Positions 7,317-15,564 of a stretch of DNA of 32,000 nt are shown here, piece by piece. The DNA comes from Candidatus Saccharimonadota bacterium. Its GTDB lineage: Bacteria > Patescibacteriota > Patescibacteriia > 2-12-FULL-60-25. The stretch spans positions 1,000,801-1,032,800 of the forward strand of contig CP060222.1 of NCBI GenBank assembly GCA_023898425.1, in the 5' to 3' direction. The notes beneath the pieces are model-generated. The model searched no databases, was not told where the DNA came from, and saw only the letters and a list, made by a program, of their open reading frames with translations. Every line of letters starts with the position of its first letter. Position 1 is the stretch's first letter. Both the position numbers and the translations under genes were made by a program.

Positions 7317-8592
7317 TTATGGCAAGTTCGAACCGATTATTGCTCTTCCGCCCAAAAGACGAGATTTTTTCTTCCAAATCCTTTTGGCGAGAATAAGCTT
7401 TTTGCTTTTGGTCGCATATTCTGCTTGCGACAAACTGCCTTCCAAATGTAAATCAAGCAAGCGATCAAGTTTTGCCTCAATCTCTACAAGCTCATCTCGC
7501 AATTTTTGGGCGAAAGAGCTTTCCGCTTGGGCAGTTTTCATTTTTTCACTTTCAAAATAATTGATTGACGCATTAGCCCAAGCGGAAGACAAAGAAACTT
7601 TTTGATTTCCTCTTTTATTTGAGAAGTGATGATTTCTTCACGAACATATTTTTTGGTACAAGGATTTTTCCGTTTGGTGCAACGCAAATAGTTATGACCT
7701 TTTTGCGTTTCGGTGGTGATAAAACAACCACATTCGCCACAACGGAAAAATCCTCTATACACAAAAGGTTTTCAATTTCGGCGTTTTCGGTTTGGATTTT
7801 TTCATCATCACTTCTTGGCATAAATCAAAAGTTTCTTTGTGATAATCGGTTCGTGCTTTCCGTCATACATTTCGCCATTGTATTCAATCACGCCATAATA
7901 AATCGGGTTTTTGAGCATGTACTGATAATTTGAGACGGAAAGCATTTTGCCTTTCTTGTTTCAAGTCTAAGAGAATTGATAATCTTTCGGATTTGAGCGA
8001 GCGGGTATTCGCCAGTGGCATACATTTCAAAAGCCCGCTTGATATATTTTGCTTTTTCTTTATCAACCGCAATACAGCGGGCGTTTTTATCGTTTATATA
8101 GCCCAATGGTGCCCAAGCGAGGCCAAATGCCATTTCGCAATTTCTGGCGAATACCCCTCTTTATGTTTTCCGAAAGATTATCCACATAGTATTTTGATTG
8201 CCCAAAAGCGATGGACAACATAAATTTTCCTTGCGGTGTCGGATCAAACCAAAAGTCGGGAATTTTAGCGCGGATATTTTACCAGTATCAACAAGATAAA
8301 TTATTCGTCCGCCGTCTATGGAATTGCGAGCAAGGCGGTCGGGGTGCCACGCTAAAATTCCCTCGGCTTCATTTTCCTCTATGCGCGAGATCATTTCGTT
8401 AAAAATCTCTCTGCCCGGCTCTTTGGCGGTCTTACTTTCCACAAATTCACGGACGATATTCAAGCCCTCTTTTCTGGCGTATTTCGAAATTCAAAAGTTG
8501 CGCCTCAATACTGCGGAATTTGACGCTCTGGTTCGTCCGTGGATTTTCTTGTATATAGGAAAAACTTTTTGGTTTAAATTTATGTTGTCCAT
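7317..8592 (-). pseudogene. Large serine recombinase, multiply frameshifted
   Basis: The protein is recoverable only by hopping between minus-strand frames. N-terminal resolvase domain: 'YTRKSTDEPERQI', 'SIEAQLL', 'ILAWHPDRLARNSIDGGRIIYL'. Recombinase domain: 'WAPLGYINDKN...'. Zinc-ribbon: 'CGECGCFITTETQKGHNYLRCTKRKNPC'. C-terminal coiled coil: 'LDRLLDLHLEGSLSQAEY'. I count at least 8 frame breaks. Confidence 0.8.
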
Positions 8593-8803
8593 ATTGTTTT
8601 GAAATTAGCTTTTGGGCAATCAAAGAAAAATGCGTTCAACCTTTCGCTGAAAGCGTGGAAAAATTAGTTCTGAAAACTTCGTTTTCTCTGTTGTCGCACA
8701 GGAACTTCCACATTGCCGACCGCACTTTGTTTTTGGATTTCAAAAATGCCTTCAAAATGCGGAAAAAACCCCATGCCGAGGCGCTTCCGATTCCGATTTC
8801 AAG

Positions 8804-9012
8804 TTTTGGCGGTGTGTATTGGACGAAGTTCGAATGTATTTCGGACAAAATCCGCAGGATTTTGACGAATGACCTTTGCGCCTCGGCGCGCTCGACAAGC
8901 TCGCGCGGGGCAAAACCCAAAAATTTCCTATCATTTTTATTTGCGGCTCCCCCACACACCCCCGCCGAAAATGGATTGGTAAGGAAATTTTTGGTTTTGC
9001 TGCCGCCGCTTC
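8804..9012 (+). repeat. Long inverted repeat, left copy (IR-L)
   Basis: Its reverse complement aligns with 13201-13398 over ~200 nt, with a handful of substitutions and small indels. The outer end reads TGGCGGTG (= CACCGCCA on the other strand). Confidence 0.9.
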
Positions 9013-9053
9013 ATAAAATCATTGTTTTTGCACACTTGTATTATAACTTAACA

Positions 9054-9083
9054 TTGAGTCAAAACACAAGAGAATGATATAAT
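9054..9083 (+). promoter_or_regulatory. Promoter candidate for the controller/R-M operon
   Basis: TTGAGT, 18-nt spacer, then extended -10 TGaTATAAT, ending 27 nt before the C-gene ATG. Confidence 0.45.
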
Positions 9084-9110
9084 AACCGTGTTGATAAGTT
9101 TTCATACAAT

Positions 9111-9317
9111 ATGGCGAAATCCACAGCACAAAAATTTGGCGAGAACATGAAGAAAATACGGCTCGAGAAAGGTATGTCGCAAGGCGATATTTGCCGTGAG
9201 TTAGGGTTAGATCGGGCGTATATTAGTAATGTTGAGAATGGTAAGCAAAATCTAACAATTAGCACGATGGAAAAGGTCGCCAAAGTGCTTGGTGTGAGCG
9301 TAGATCAACTTTTTTAA
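9111..9317 (+). CDS. XRE-family HTH protein, likely R-M controller (C) protein
   Basis: Intact 68-aa ORF. 'IRLEKGMSQGDICRELGLDRAYISNVENGKQNLTISTMEKVAKVLGV' is a classic XRE HTH. It sits 10 nt upstream of the methyltransferase, which is the size and position of C proteins. Confidence 0.7.
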   Translation: MAKSTAQKFGENMKKIRLEKGMSQGDICRELGLDRAYISNVENGKQNLTISTMEKVAKVLGVSVDQLF

Positions 9318-9326
9318 AATAATTTT

Positions 9327-10318
9327 ATGGCAAAGAATACTCAAAGCAAATTTATGATCGTATCGCTTTTTGCCGGATGTGGCGGTCTGGACCTTGGCTT
9401 TGTTGGAGGTTTTGAATCAAACGGAAAAAAATATCAAAACATCCATTTGTAATTGATTGGGCCAACGACATAGACGAACCAGCGTGTAAAACTTTTAAAA
9501 ATTATTTCAAACACGATATTGTTTGCGGAAGCATCGTTGATATTTTGAACAATAAGCATGATTCCATGTTTGATGCGCCGCTACCCAAAAAAGCTGATAT
9601 TGTTCTCGGCGGTTTTCCATGCCAAGAGTTTAGTCATGCGGGAAAACGAAGAGGTTTCAATAGTGAAAAAGGACTTCTGTATCGCAGCATGGCCGAGGTC
9701 ATTCGCAGAACGAAACCAGTATTATTCGTGGCTGAAAATGTAAAAGGTCTTCTTACGATAGATAACGGCACAGCAATCGACATTATCAAAGATGATTTTG
9801 CGGGGCTAGGATATCACGTAAATCATAAATTGCTTCTTGCGGCGGACTATGGCGTCCCTCAAATGCGCGAACGAGTAATTATTATCGGGACTCGCAAGAA
9901 TGTGCTGCCTAGATTTGAGGATAGTGACTATCCAAAACCAACCCATAAGGGCAAGCAGCATGTTTCAGTCAAAGAAGCATTTGGCGATTTGGAAAATATA
10001 AAAGAAGGTGATTTTCCGAATCATCACTGGTCAAAAGCAAGGAAAAACAAAGGACAAGGAAATGGAGTAATTGACCCTAAAAACCAGGACCCACAATGCG
10101 AACCGAACACCATGGCAATATCGAATACCATTGGAATGGCAAACGACGACTTTCAGCTCGAGAGGCCGCAAGAATCCAATCTTTCCAGATGATATGGTAT
10201 TTTGCCATCTACATCGCAAGCATACAAACAAATTGGCAATGCCGTTCCTCCTGTTTTGGCGTGGCACATTGCGAAATCAATTCGATCATTTCTCGATAAG
10301 AACTTGAAACAAGTATGA
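9327..10318 (+). pseudogene. dcm: DNA (cytosine-5) methyltransferase, frameshifted
   Basis: Motif I 'FAGCGGLDLGF', motif IV 'GGFPCQEFS', 'ENV', 'RERVIIIG' and motif X 'QIGNAVPP' are all present but spread over three frames. The first break is at the A7 run 9425-9431. Confidence 0.85.
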
Positions 10319-11300
10319 TCTACGCCAAAAAGAAAAATCCGAGTGAAGAAATTTTTTGAAAATTCTTGAAGTTTCAAAGAATAAACTTGTTTCTAAGTTG
10401 AGGACTGAAAAACCGCTTCCAAATTCAAGTGATTTTGAAGTTTTGGTTTGTGAAGTAATGATAGAGGTGGCAAAAGGCACCGAGTTTGAAGGGACTATAC
10501 GGCAAACTGGAATCGCGGCATTCCCCGACATTGTGGCAAACGGCTATTTTGGTGTGGAAGTTAAAATGACAATAAAGGACCACTGGCATTCAACGGGCAA
10601 TAGTGTTTTTAGAATCACTCATGAAGCAGATGTTCAGAGAATTTACATTATGTTTGGGAAAATGGGAGGCGAACCAGACGTGAAATATCGGCTATATCAG
10701 GAATGTTTACCAGAAGTTAGCGTAACTCACTCTCCTCGCTATCGCATAGACATGAATTTGCCGGAAGGTGAATCCATTTTTGATAAGATCGGCGTTTCCT
10801 ATGATGAGTTAAGAACGAGTGAAGATACTATTAAACAAATAAAATCATACTATCGAGGCCAACTAAAAGAAGGCGAAGGTCTGTGGTGGATTGATGAGGA
10901 ATCGAAGCACCATCACCAGTGATTAAGCAGTTTCGAACACTGGATCCCACTGACAAAGAAAAGTTTAAGGTTGATTGTATGATTTTCTTTCCAGAATTAT
11001 TTAAGAATCGGGCAAACTACGATCGAGCCGCCACATATCTTGTTACTGAATTCGGGGCAGTGTCAGCAAGCCTGAGAGATGAATTTAGCGCGGGAGGACG
11101 ACGGGAAGTCTTGATAGCACGTGAGGAGGAGAAACGTTTCGCAAGTGCTTTCCCAGCTACGCGAAAGTTACGCCCCAGGAATAGCTAGCCGAATCAATGA
11201 GATAGACGAAGATTTATTGAAATTCTATTGGCAAGTTCCTTCCATTGAGGCAAATAGAATCGAGCAATGGAAAGAACTTGTGGATAGGGACGCATGCTAG
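10315..11300 (+). pseudogene. Type II restriction endonuclease candidate (PD-(D/E)xK-like), frameshifted
   Basis: The ATG at 10315 overlaps the methyltransferase stop (ATGA). The frame breaks at the T6 run 10352-10357. The core contains 'FPDIV...GVEVKMT' (D...ExK). Further frame breaks occur near 10920 and 11180. The end coordinate is approximate. Confidence 0.55.
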
Positions 11301-11344
11301 TGGTCTTGGTGCCGAATCTCCCTCAGAAGTTTTTCAATCTGGCT

Positions 11345-11790
11345 ATGAAGAAGCGAACTCGCAATAAACTAAGCCGTGATTTTTCAAAGGAAAGAGATTT
11401 AGACAAACTAACTATCCGAGAAAGATCACGACGAATGTCGCTCATACGCTCAAGATCAACAAAATTTGAGCAAGATTTTATTGCCACTCTCAAAAAAACA
11501 AATTCGCAAAACTTTTTACTACTAATGACAAGGGTGTTTTAGGTAAGCCCGATATTGCTTTTAAGAAGCACAAAGTTTGCGTTTTTTCTCGATAGTAACT
11601 TCTGGCATGGCTGGCAATATCCACGTTGGAAGCATTTACTCAAAAATGATTTCTGGCGTGAAAAAATTGAGCGTAACAGAAAACGAGACAAAAGGTGACA
11701 CGAAAACTTTATGCTGAAGGTTGGACCGTGTTGCGTTTTTGGGAACATCAGCTTAAGAAAGATCAAACTGTTTGCGTGCAAAAAGAATAG
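11345..11790 (+). pseudogene. vsr: Very-short-patch repair endonuclease, frameshifted
   Basis: 'RSRRMSLIRSRSTKFE', 'GKPDIAFKKHKVCVF', 'LDSNFWHGW', 'FWREKIERNRKRD' and 'GWTVLRFWEH' lie in three frames. The breaks are at T6 (11582-11587) and A4 (11690-11693). Confidence 0.8.
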
Positions 11791-11839
11791 TGGACACGCT
11801 TAAATAACGGCAAGGCTTGCCCTATAATAAAGCAATATC

Positions 11840-12487
11840 ATGAAACTTACCGAGCTTAAGAAAATTGAATTACCCAGAGAGAAAATGGAGAAGTACGGTG
11901 CAAAGCGCCTCAAAACTTTTGAGTTGCTAGCGATTGTGCTTGGCTCGGGAATCAAAGGATGTAATGTACTTGAACTTGCGCGAAAAAATAGAAAAACTTA
12001 TAGCTCTAAAATCGGTAAATAACGTCACGATTGATGATTTACGAAAAATTCGTGGACTTGGAAAAACAAAGGCAATTCAAATACTTTCCGTTATTTCCCT
12101 TGTGGATCGCCTTGGGAGCGAGCGTAGTGCTGAATTGTTATCAGGAAAAGATATATGGAATTTATGTGCGGACTTTCGTTCATCGAAAAAGAACACATGG
12201 TGGCGTTTTACCTCGACACTCAACAAAAATTGATCGAAAGGCGTGTTATCTCAGTAGGAACCCTTGACGCTTCACTTTTACACCCACGAGAAGTCTTTGA
12301 GCCTGCTTTGCAATTAGCAGCGGCAGGGGTTATTCTAGCGCATAATCACCCTTCGGGAAATCTCGAGCCTTCAGATGAGGATATCGCAGTCACAAAAAGA
12401 ATAGCTGACGCCGGAGATCTGCTTGGGATTAATCTTGTTGATCATATCATTGTTTCGGATAAAGAATTTCGAGTCATGAATCTGTAA
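11840..12487 (+). pseudogene. radC: RadC-like JAMM-domain protein, frameshifted
   Basis: N-terminal HhH region 'LLAIVLGSGIKG..VLELAR' and 'LRKIRGLGKTKAIQI'. C-terminal 'LLHPREVF...AHNHPSGNLEPSDEDI' JAMM motif. The three ORF fragments lie in different frames. Confidence 0.8.
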
Positions 12488-12667
12488 GGAATTGGCGAAA
12501 CAGGGTTGAAAAAAATAATAAAATAATTTAGAATACCAATGAAAACGAGGCGTTAAGCCCGTCCCGTGTTCTTGCAAAAGCCAAAATGACTATCTTCATA
12601 TCGCGTCTGGCGAGAAAGGAGGTAGTCGAACCTTTCTCGATATTATTAACTTAATTCGAGATGTTCT

Positions 12668-12886
12668 ATGGCAAATTCAAATTGCAAGAACGATGCGCCT
12701 GGCATGAAAGGCTGCCGTACTCGAAACCAAAATGGATTGTTGCGCGACAAGCGTGATGACACCCATATTGGTACAATCGAGAAACAATATGGCATTGACC
12801 TTGGTGTCAGGTCTGATATGCAACTCGGGACTTATCTTGAGAAGCATAACATCGAATCTCTGAACGATCTTATCACGGGTCGCTAA
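12668..12886 (+). CDS. Small hypothetical protein (72 aa)
   Basis: Intact ORF, basic at the N-terminus, containing 'DTHIGTIEKQYGIDLGVRSDMQLGTYLEKHNIESLNDL'. A perfect hairpin terminator follows. Family not recognised. Confidence 0.5.
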   Translation: MANSNCKNDAPGMKGCRTRNQNGLLRDKRDDTHIGTIEKQYGIDLGVRSDMQLGTYLEKHNIESLNDLITGR

Positions 12887-12896
12887 GGGAAGCGGG

Positions 12897-12930
12897 GACG
12901 AGGCTAACGCCTCGTCTTCATTTTCATTTT
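12897..12930 (+). terminator. Rho-independent terminator
   Basis: gacgaggc-taac-gcctcgtc followed by ttcattttcatttt. Confidence 0.7.
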
Positions 12931-13200
12931 ACCTCAATTTGAATTTTCTTGCTTATTTCTCTGTGCATAAAAACGAAGCCACAGAGAGCGAACACGAAGC
13001 AAGCACCGAGCAGGCATCGCGAACGAATGTGAGCGGCCAATGCGAGGTGCCTGCAAAGTGTGAGAGGACTACCGAACTACCACCAAACGCGGAGACGAGA
13101 GCGCCTCGGGCCGACGCAAGCGACGGAGAAAAGGCGGGCGTAAAACCGGCAAAAGTGCTAAAATACACTTATTAGCCTTTTTGAGAGAGTGAAGCGGCGG

Positions 13201-13398
13201 CAGCAAAACCAAAAATTTCTTACCAATCCATTTTCGGCGGGGGTGTGGGGAGCCGCAAATAAAAAATGATAGGAAATTTTTGGGTTTTGCCTGCCGCGCG
13301 AAAGCTTGTCAGAGCGGCCGAGGCGAAAAAGGTCATTCGTCAAAATCCTGCGGATTTTGTCCGAAATACATTCGAACTTCGTCCAATACACACCGCCA
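13201..13398 (-). repeat. Long inverted repeat, right copy (IR-R)
   Basis: Reverse-complement match to 8804-9012. The outer end CACCGCCA merges directly into the right direct repeat. Confidence 0.9.
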
Positions 13399-13531
13399 GC
13401 AAAAAACACTCGATTAACGAGTGTTTTTTTGATTTATCCTACCTTTGGTTTTGACTAGTCACGAGTTATAAATAGTGAATTCGTGTATGATGAAAAAAGA
13501 TACTTACTAAGGTATAGAGGAAAAACAAAAA
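13393..13531 (+). repeat. Direct repeat, right copy (attR-like)
   Basis: Near-identical to 7111-7249, including the CCGCCA core, the terminator hairpin and the tspO leader. Confidence 0.9.
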
Positions 13532-13533
13532 AG

Positions 13534-13940
13534 ATGAACACATATAATTGGTACTCGCAACTCGTAAGACCCAGTTGGGCACCACCGTCTTGGGTGTTTG
13601 GACCTGTGTGGACGGTGCTGTATGCGATAATTAGTGTTTCTTTTGGTACAGTTTTTTATAAGGTATTCACTGATAAGATTGCATGGACGGTGGCTTTGCC
13701 ATTTGCCTTAAATCTCGCTTTTAACGCGGCTTTTTACGCCTCTTCAGTTTGGTTTAAAAAACAATCTATTAGCGGCGATTGATATTGTGCTCGTTCTGTT
13801 TACATTGGTTTGGGCTTTTTTATGCCGTATGGACGGTATTACCTGAGCTTCGTTGGGTTGTTTATGTAAATATTCCTTATTTGCTCTGGGTATTATTTGC
13901 GACCGTTTTGCAGTTGACAATCACCTATTTAAATCGATAA
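13534..13940 (+). pseudogene. tspO: TspO/MBR (tryptophan-rich sensory protein) family, frameshifted
   Basis: 'WYSQLVRPSWAPPSWVFGPVWTVLYAII', then 'TPLQFGLKNNLLAAIDIVLVLFTLVWAF', then 'PELRWVVYVNIPYLLWVLFATVLQLTITYLNR', each in a different frame. The breaks are at T5 (13731-13735) and T6 (13816-13821). Confidence 0.8.
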
Positions 13941-14036
13941 GTCACGCTTTAGCCACGTTCTTGCTGGGCTTGTTTTTTCTGTATAAATAGCCTATGATCC
14001 TTGGATCTTTAGTCTATAGTATTATTTTTAGGTGTT

Positions 14037-14561
14037 ATGAAGATATTGGATTTTCCTCATGCCTCACAAACATATGAGTATGATTGCGGACCAACGGTAT
14101 TGCAGGGAATCCTGACATACTACGGCGCCGAAGTAAGAAAAGAAAAAATTTTTAAATGGGCGCGTACGAACACGAGACACGGAACTCTTACAAAAGGAAT
14201 GTTGAAGGTTCTTGATCGTTTTTCATTAGAGTATGATTCTCGTCTCATGACAATCGGAGATATTAAGGAATATATAGATAAGGATATTCCTGTTATTTTG
14301 CTTTTGCAGGCATGGAATGAAAAAGATCAGCTTTATACCGACCGTTTTGATGATAGTCATTGGGTTACGGCAATTGGCTACAATGAGGACACAATTCTTT
14401 TTGAAGATCCTTATGCCTTTGCTCGCGTCTATCTCAAGCAGAGCGAGTTAGTAAAACGTTGGCACGGCAGAGAGGGTCGCAAACGTATTTTGCAGCACGG
14501 TATCGCTGTTTACGGAAAAGACCCTGCCTATCAGTCACAAAGAGTGATTCACATGGATTAG
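14037..14561 (+). CDS. Peptidase C39-like (papain-fold cysteine peptidase) domain protein
   Basis: 174 aa. 'QTYEYDCGPTVLQGIL' provides the catalytic Cys context and 'DSHWVTAIGY' the catalytic His context, as in C39-like domains. No fused ABC transporter. Confidence 0.65.
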   Translation: MKILDFPHASQTYEYDCGPTVLQGILTYYGAEVRKEKIFKWARTNTRHGTLTKGMLKVLDRFSLEYDSRLMTIGDIKEYIDKDIPVILLLQAWNEKDQLYTDRFDDSHWVTAIGYNEDTILFEDPYAFARVYLKQSELVKRWHGREGRKRILQHGIAVYGKDPAYQSQRVIHMD

Positions 14562-14613
14562 CGCAAAAGTGCTATGATACAAGCAATATATTTTTAATTT
14601 CTTGTATTAGCCT

Positions 14614-15558
14614 ATGATTTTACTTTGGTCATGTGTCTTTTTTGTCTCGCTGGCTATTTTAGTAAAAGGCGCCGATTGGCTTATTGAAAGTGCCGAAAAA
14701 ATCGGTTTAGCTGCTGGGCTTTCTCCGTTTATCGTGGGCGTTACCATCGTTGGTATGGGGACGTCGTTTCCTGAGCTTATCTCGTCTTTTGCAGCGACGA
14801 TGCGAGGCGTGACAGATGTTGTTGTAGCAAATGCCATTGGTTCTAATATTGCGAATATTCTGCTTGTTCTTGGGCTCTCGGCTGTTATTGGTAAAAAACT
14901 TTCTGTAACAAAAAGCCTGATTGATTTAGATCTGCCTCTATTAGCGATGAGTGCCGTTTTATTATTGGGCGTTGTTTGGGATAAGCAGGTAACGTTTGGT
15001 GAAGCGATTATTCTGCTATGTTCTTATGGTATTTATCTTCTCTATACAACAAATCACACAGATCAAGAGAATGCCGTTAAGAAGGCTTTATCCCGTGCTG
15101 CACGACCAAAAGCTTCATTTAAAGACGTTATTTTACTTATTGTTGGTGTCGCCGCGCTCTCTTTAGGTGCTAAATATCTTGTAGACGCGCTTATTCAACT
15201 ATCGTCATTACTAAATATTGGAACTGGTGTTATTGCGATTACGGCAGTTGCTGTTGGTACCTCTTTGCCAGAATTGCTCGTTTCGGTAAAAGCAGCAATG
15301 CAAAAAAAATCTGAAGTTGCACTCGGTAATATCTTTGGTTCAAATATCTTTAACTCATTTGTTGTTGTGGGGTTACCGGCTCTCTATAAAACGCTCGAAG
15401 TCGACCCTCAAACCTATATGATTGGTTTGCCGGCGATGATGTTGGCAACACTTCTCTTTGTGATCTCTGGTATATCGCAGCAAATTTATCGATGGGAGGG
15501 AGGTCTATACCTCATGCTTTATATCCTCTTTACCGTGAAGCTCTTTAATTGGTTCTAA
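14614..15558 (+). CDS. Ca2+/cation antiporter (CaCA family, YrbG-like)
   Basis: Two alpha-repeat motifs: 'GMGTSFPELISSFAA...GSNIANILLVLG' and 'GTSLPELLVSVKAA...GSNIFNSFVVVG'. About 10 TM helices. Confidence 0.85.
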   Translation: MILLWSCVFFVSLAILVKGADWLIESAEKIGLAAGLSPFIVGVTIVGMGTSFPELISSFAATMRGVTDVVVANAIGSNIANILLVLGLSAVIGKKLSVTKSLIDLDLPLLAMSAVLLLGVVWDKQVTFGEAIILLCSYGIYLLYTTNHTDQENAVKKALSRAARPKASFKDVILLIVGVAALSLGAKYLVDALIQLSSLLNIGTGVIAITAVAVGTSLPELLVSVKAAMQKKSEVALGNIFGSNIFNSFVVVGLPALYKTLEVDPQTYMIGLPAMMLATLLFVISGISQQIYRWEGGLYLMLYILFTVKLFNWF

Positions 15559-15564
15559 TACGCT

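Larger units (their letters stand above)
7111..13531. mobile_element. Integrated genomic island at the tRNA-Ser 3' end (serine recombinase + R-M module + RadC), heavily frame-disrupted
   Basis: Bounded by ~139-bp direct repeats at 7111-7249 and 13393-13531. The recombinase lies next to the left junction. The cargo is typical of mobile DNA. The chromosomal tspO leader is duplicated at both ends. Confidence 0.8.

Noticed and set aside
7201-7560. 119-aa ORF sharing the N-terminus MYDEKRYLLRYRGKTK with ORF 13483..13782, suggesting paralogous genes
   Set aside because: The shared peptide is simply the direct repeat read in frame. The rest of 7201..7560 is antisense to the recombinase C-terminus. 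The real tspO start is the ATG at 13534.
8636-8959. 107-aa minus-strand ORF (and ORFs 8655..9077 and 13266..13454) covering the inverted repeats
   Set aside because: The two repeat copies differ by indels that change the frame, so no single protein is conserved between them. There is no RBS or recognisable motif.
9425-10357. A7 and T6 tracts in dcm and the endonuclease as phase-variation switches
   Set aside because: The tracts are short for slipped-strand phase variation. Similar breaks occur at ordinary short runs throughout the region, including in non-R-M genes.
12939-13175. 78-aa + strand ORF and 71-aa minus-strand ORF in the purine-rich block
   Set aside because: Both are low-complexity (E/A/S/T/R-rich), mutually overlapping on opposite strands, and lack an RBS. 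They are reported as a compositional oddity instead.
13340-13398. IR outer ends (…TTCGAAC…CACCGCCA) as a tRNA 3' fragment or tRNA-like gene
   Set aside because: A TTCGAA and a CCA end are present, but no T-stem or acceptor stem with correct spacing can be paired. Only the CCGCCA core is shared with tRNA-Ser.
7317-13940. Alternative genetic code (e.g. UGA read as an amino acid) as the explanation for the fragmented island ORFs
   Set aside because: Conserved motifs continue in a different reading frame after each break, not in the same frame past a stop codon. Flanking genes terminate normally at TGA, TAA and TAG.
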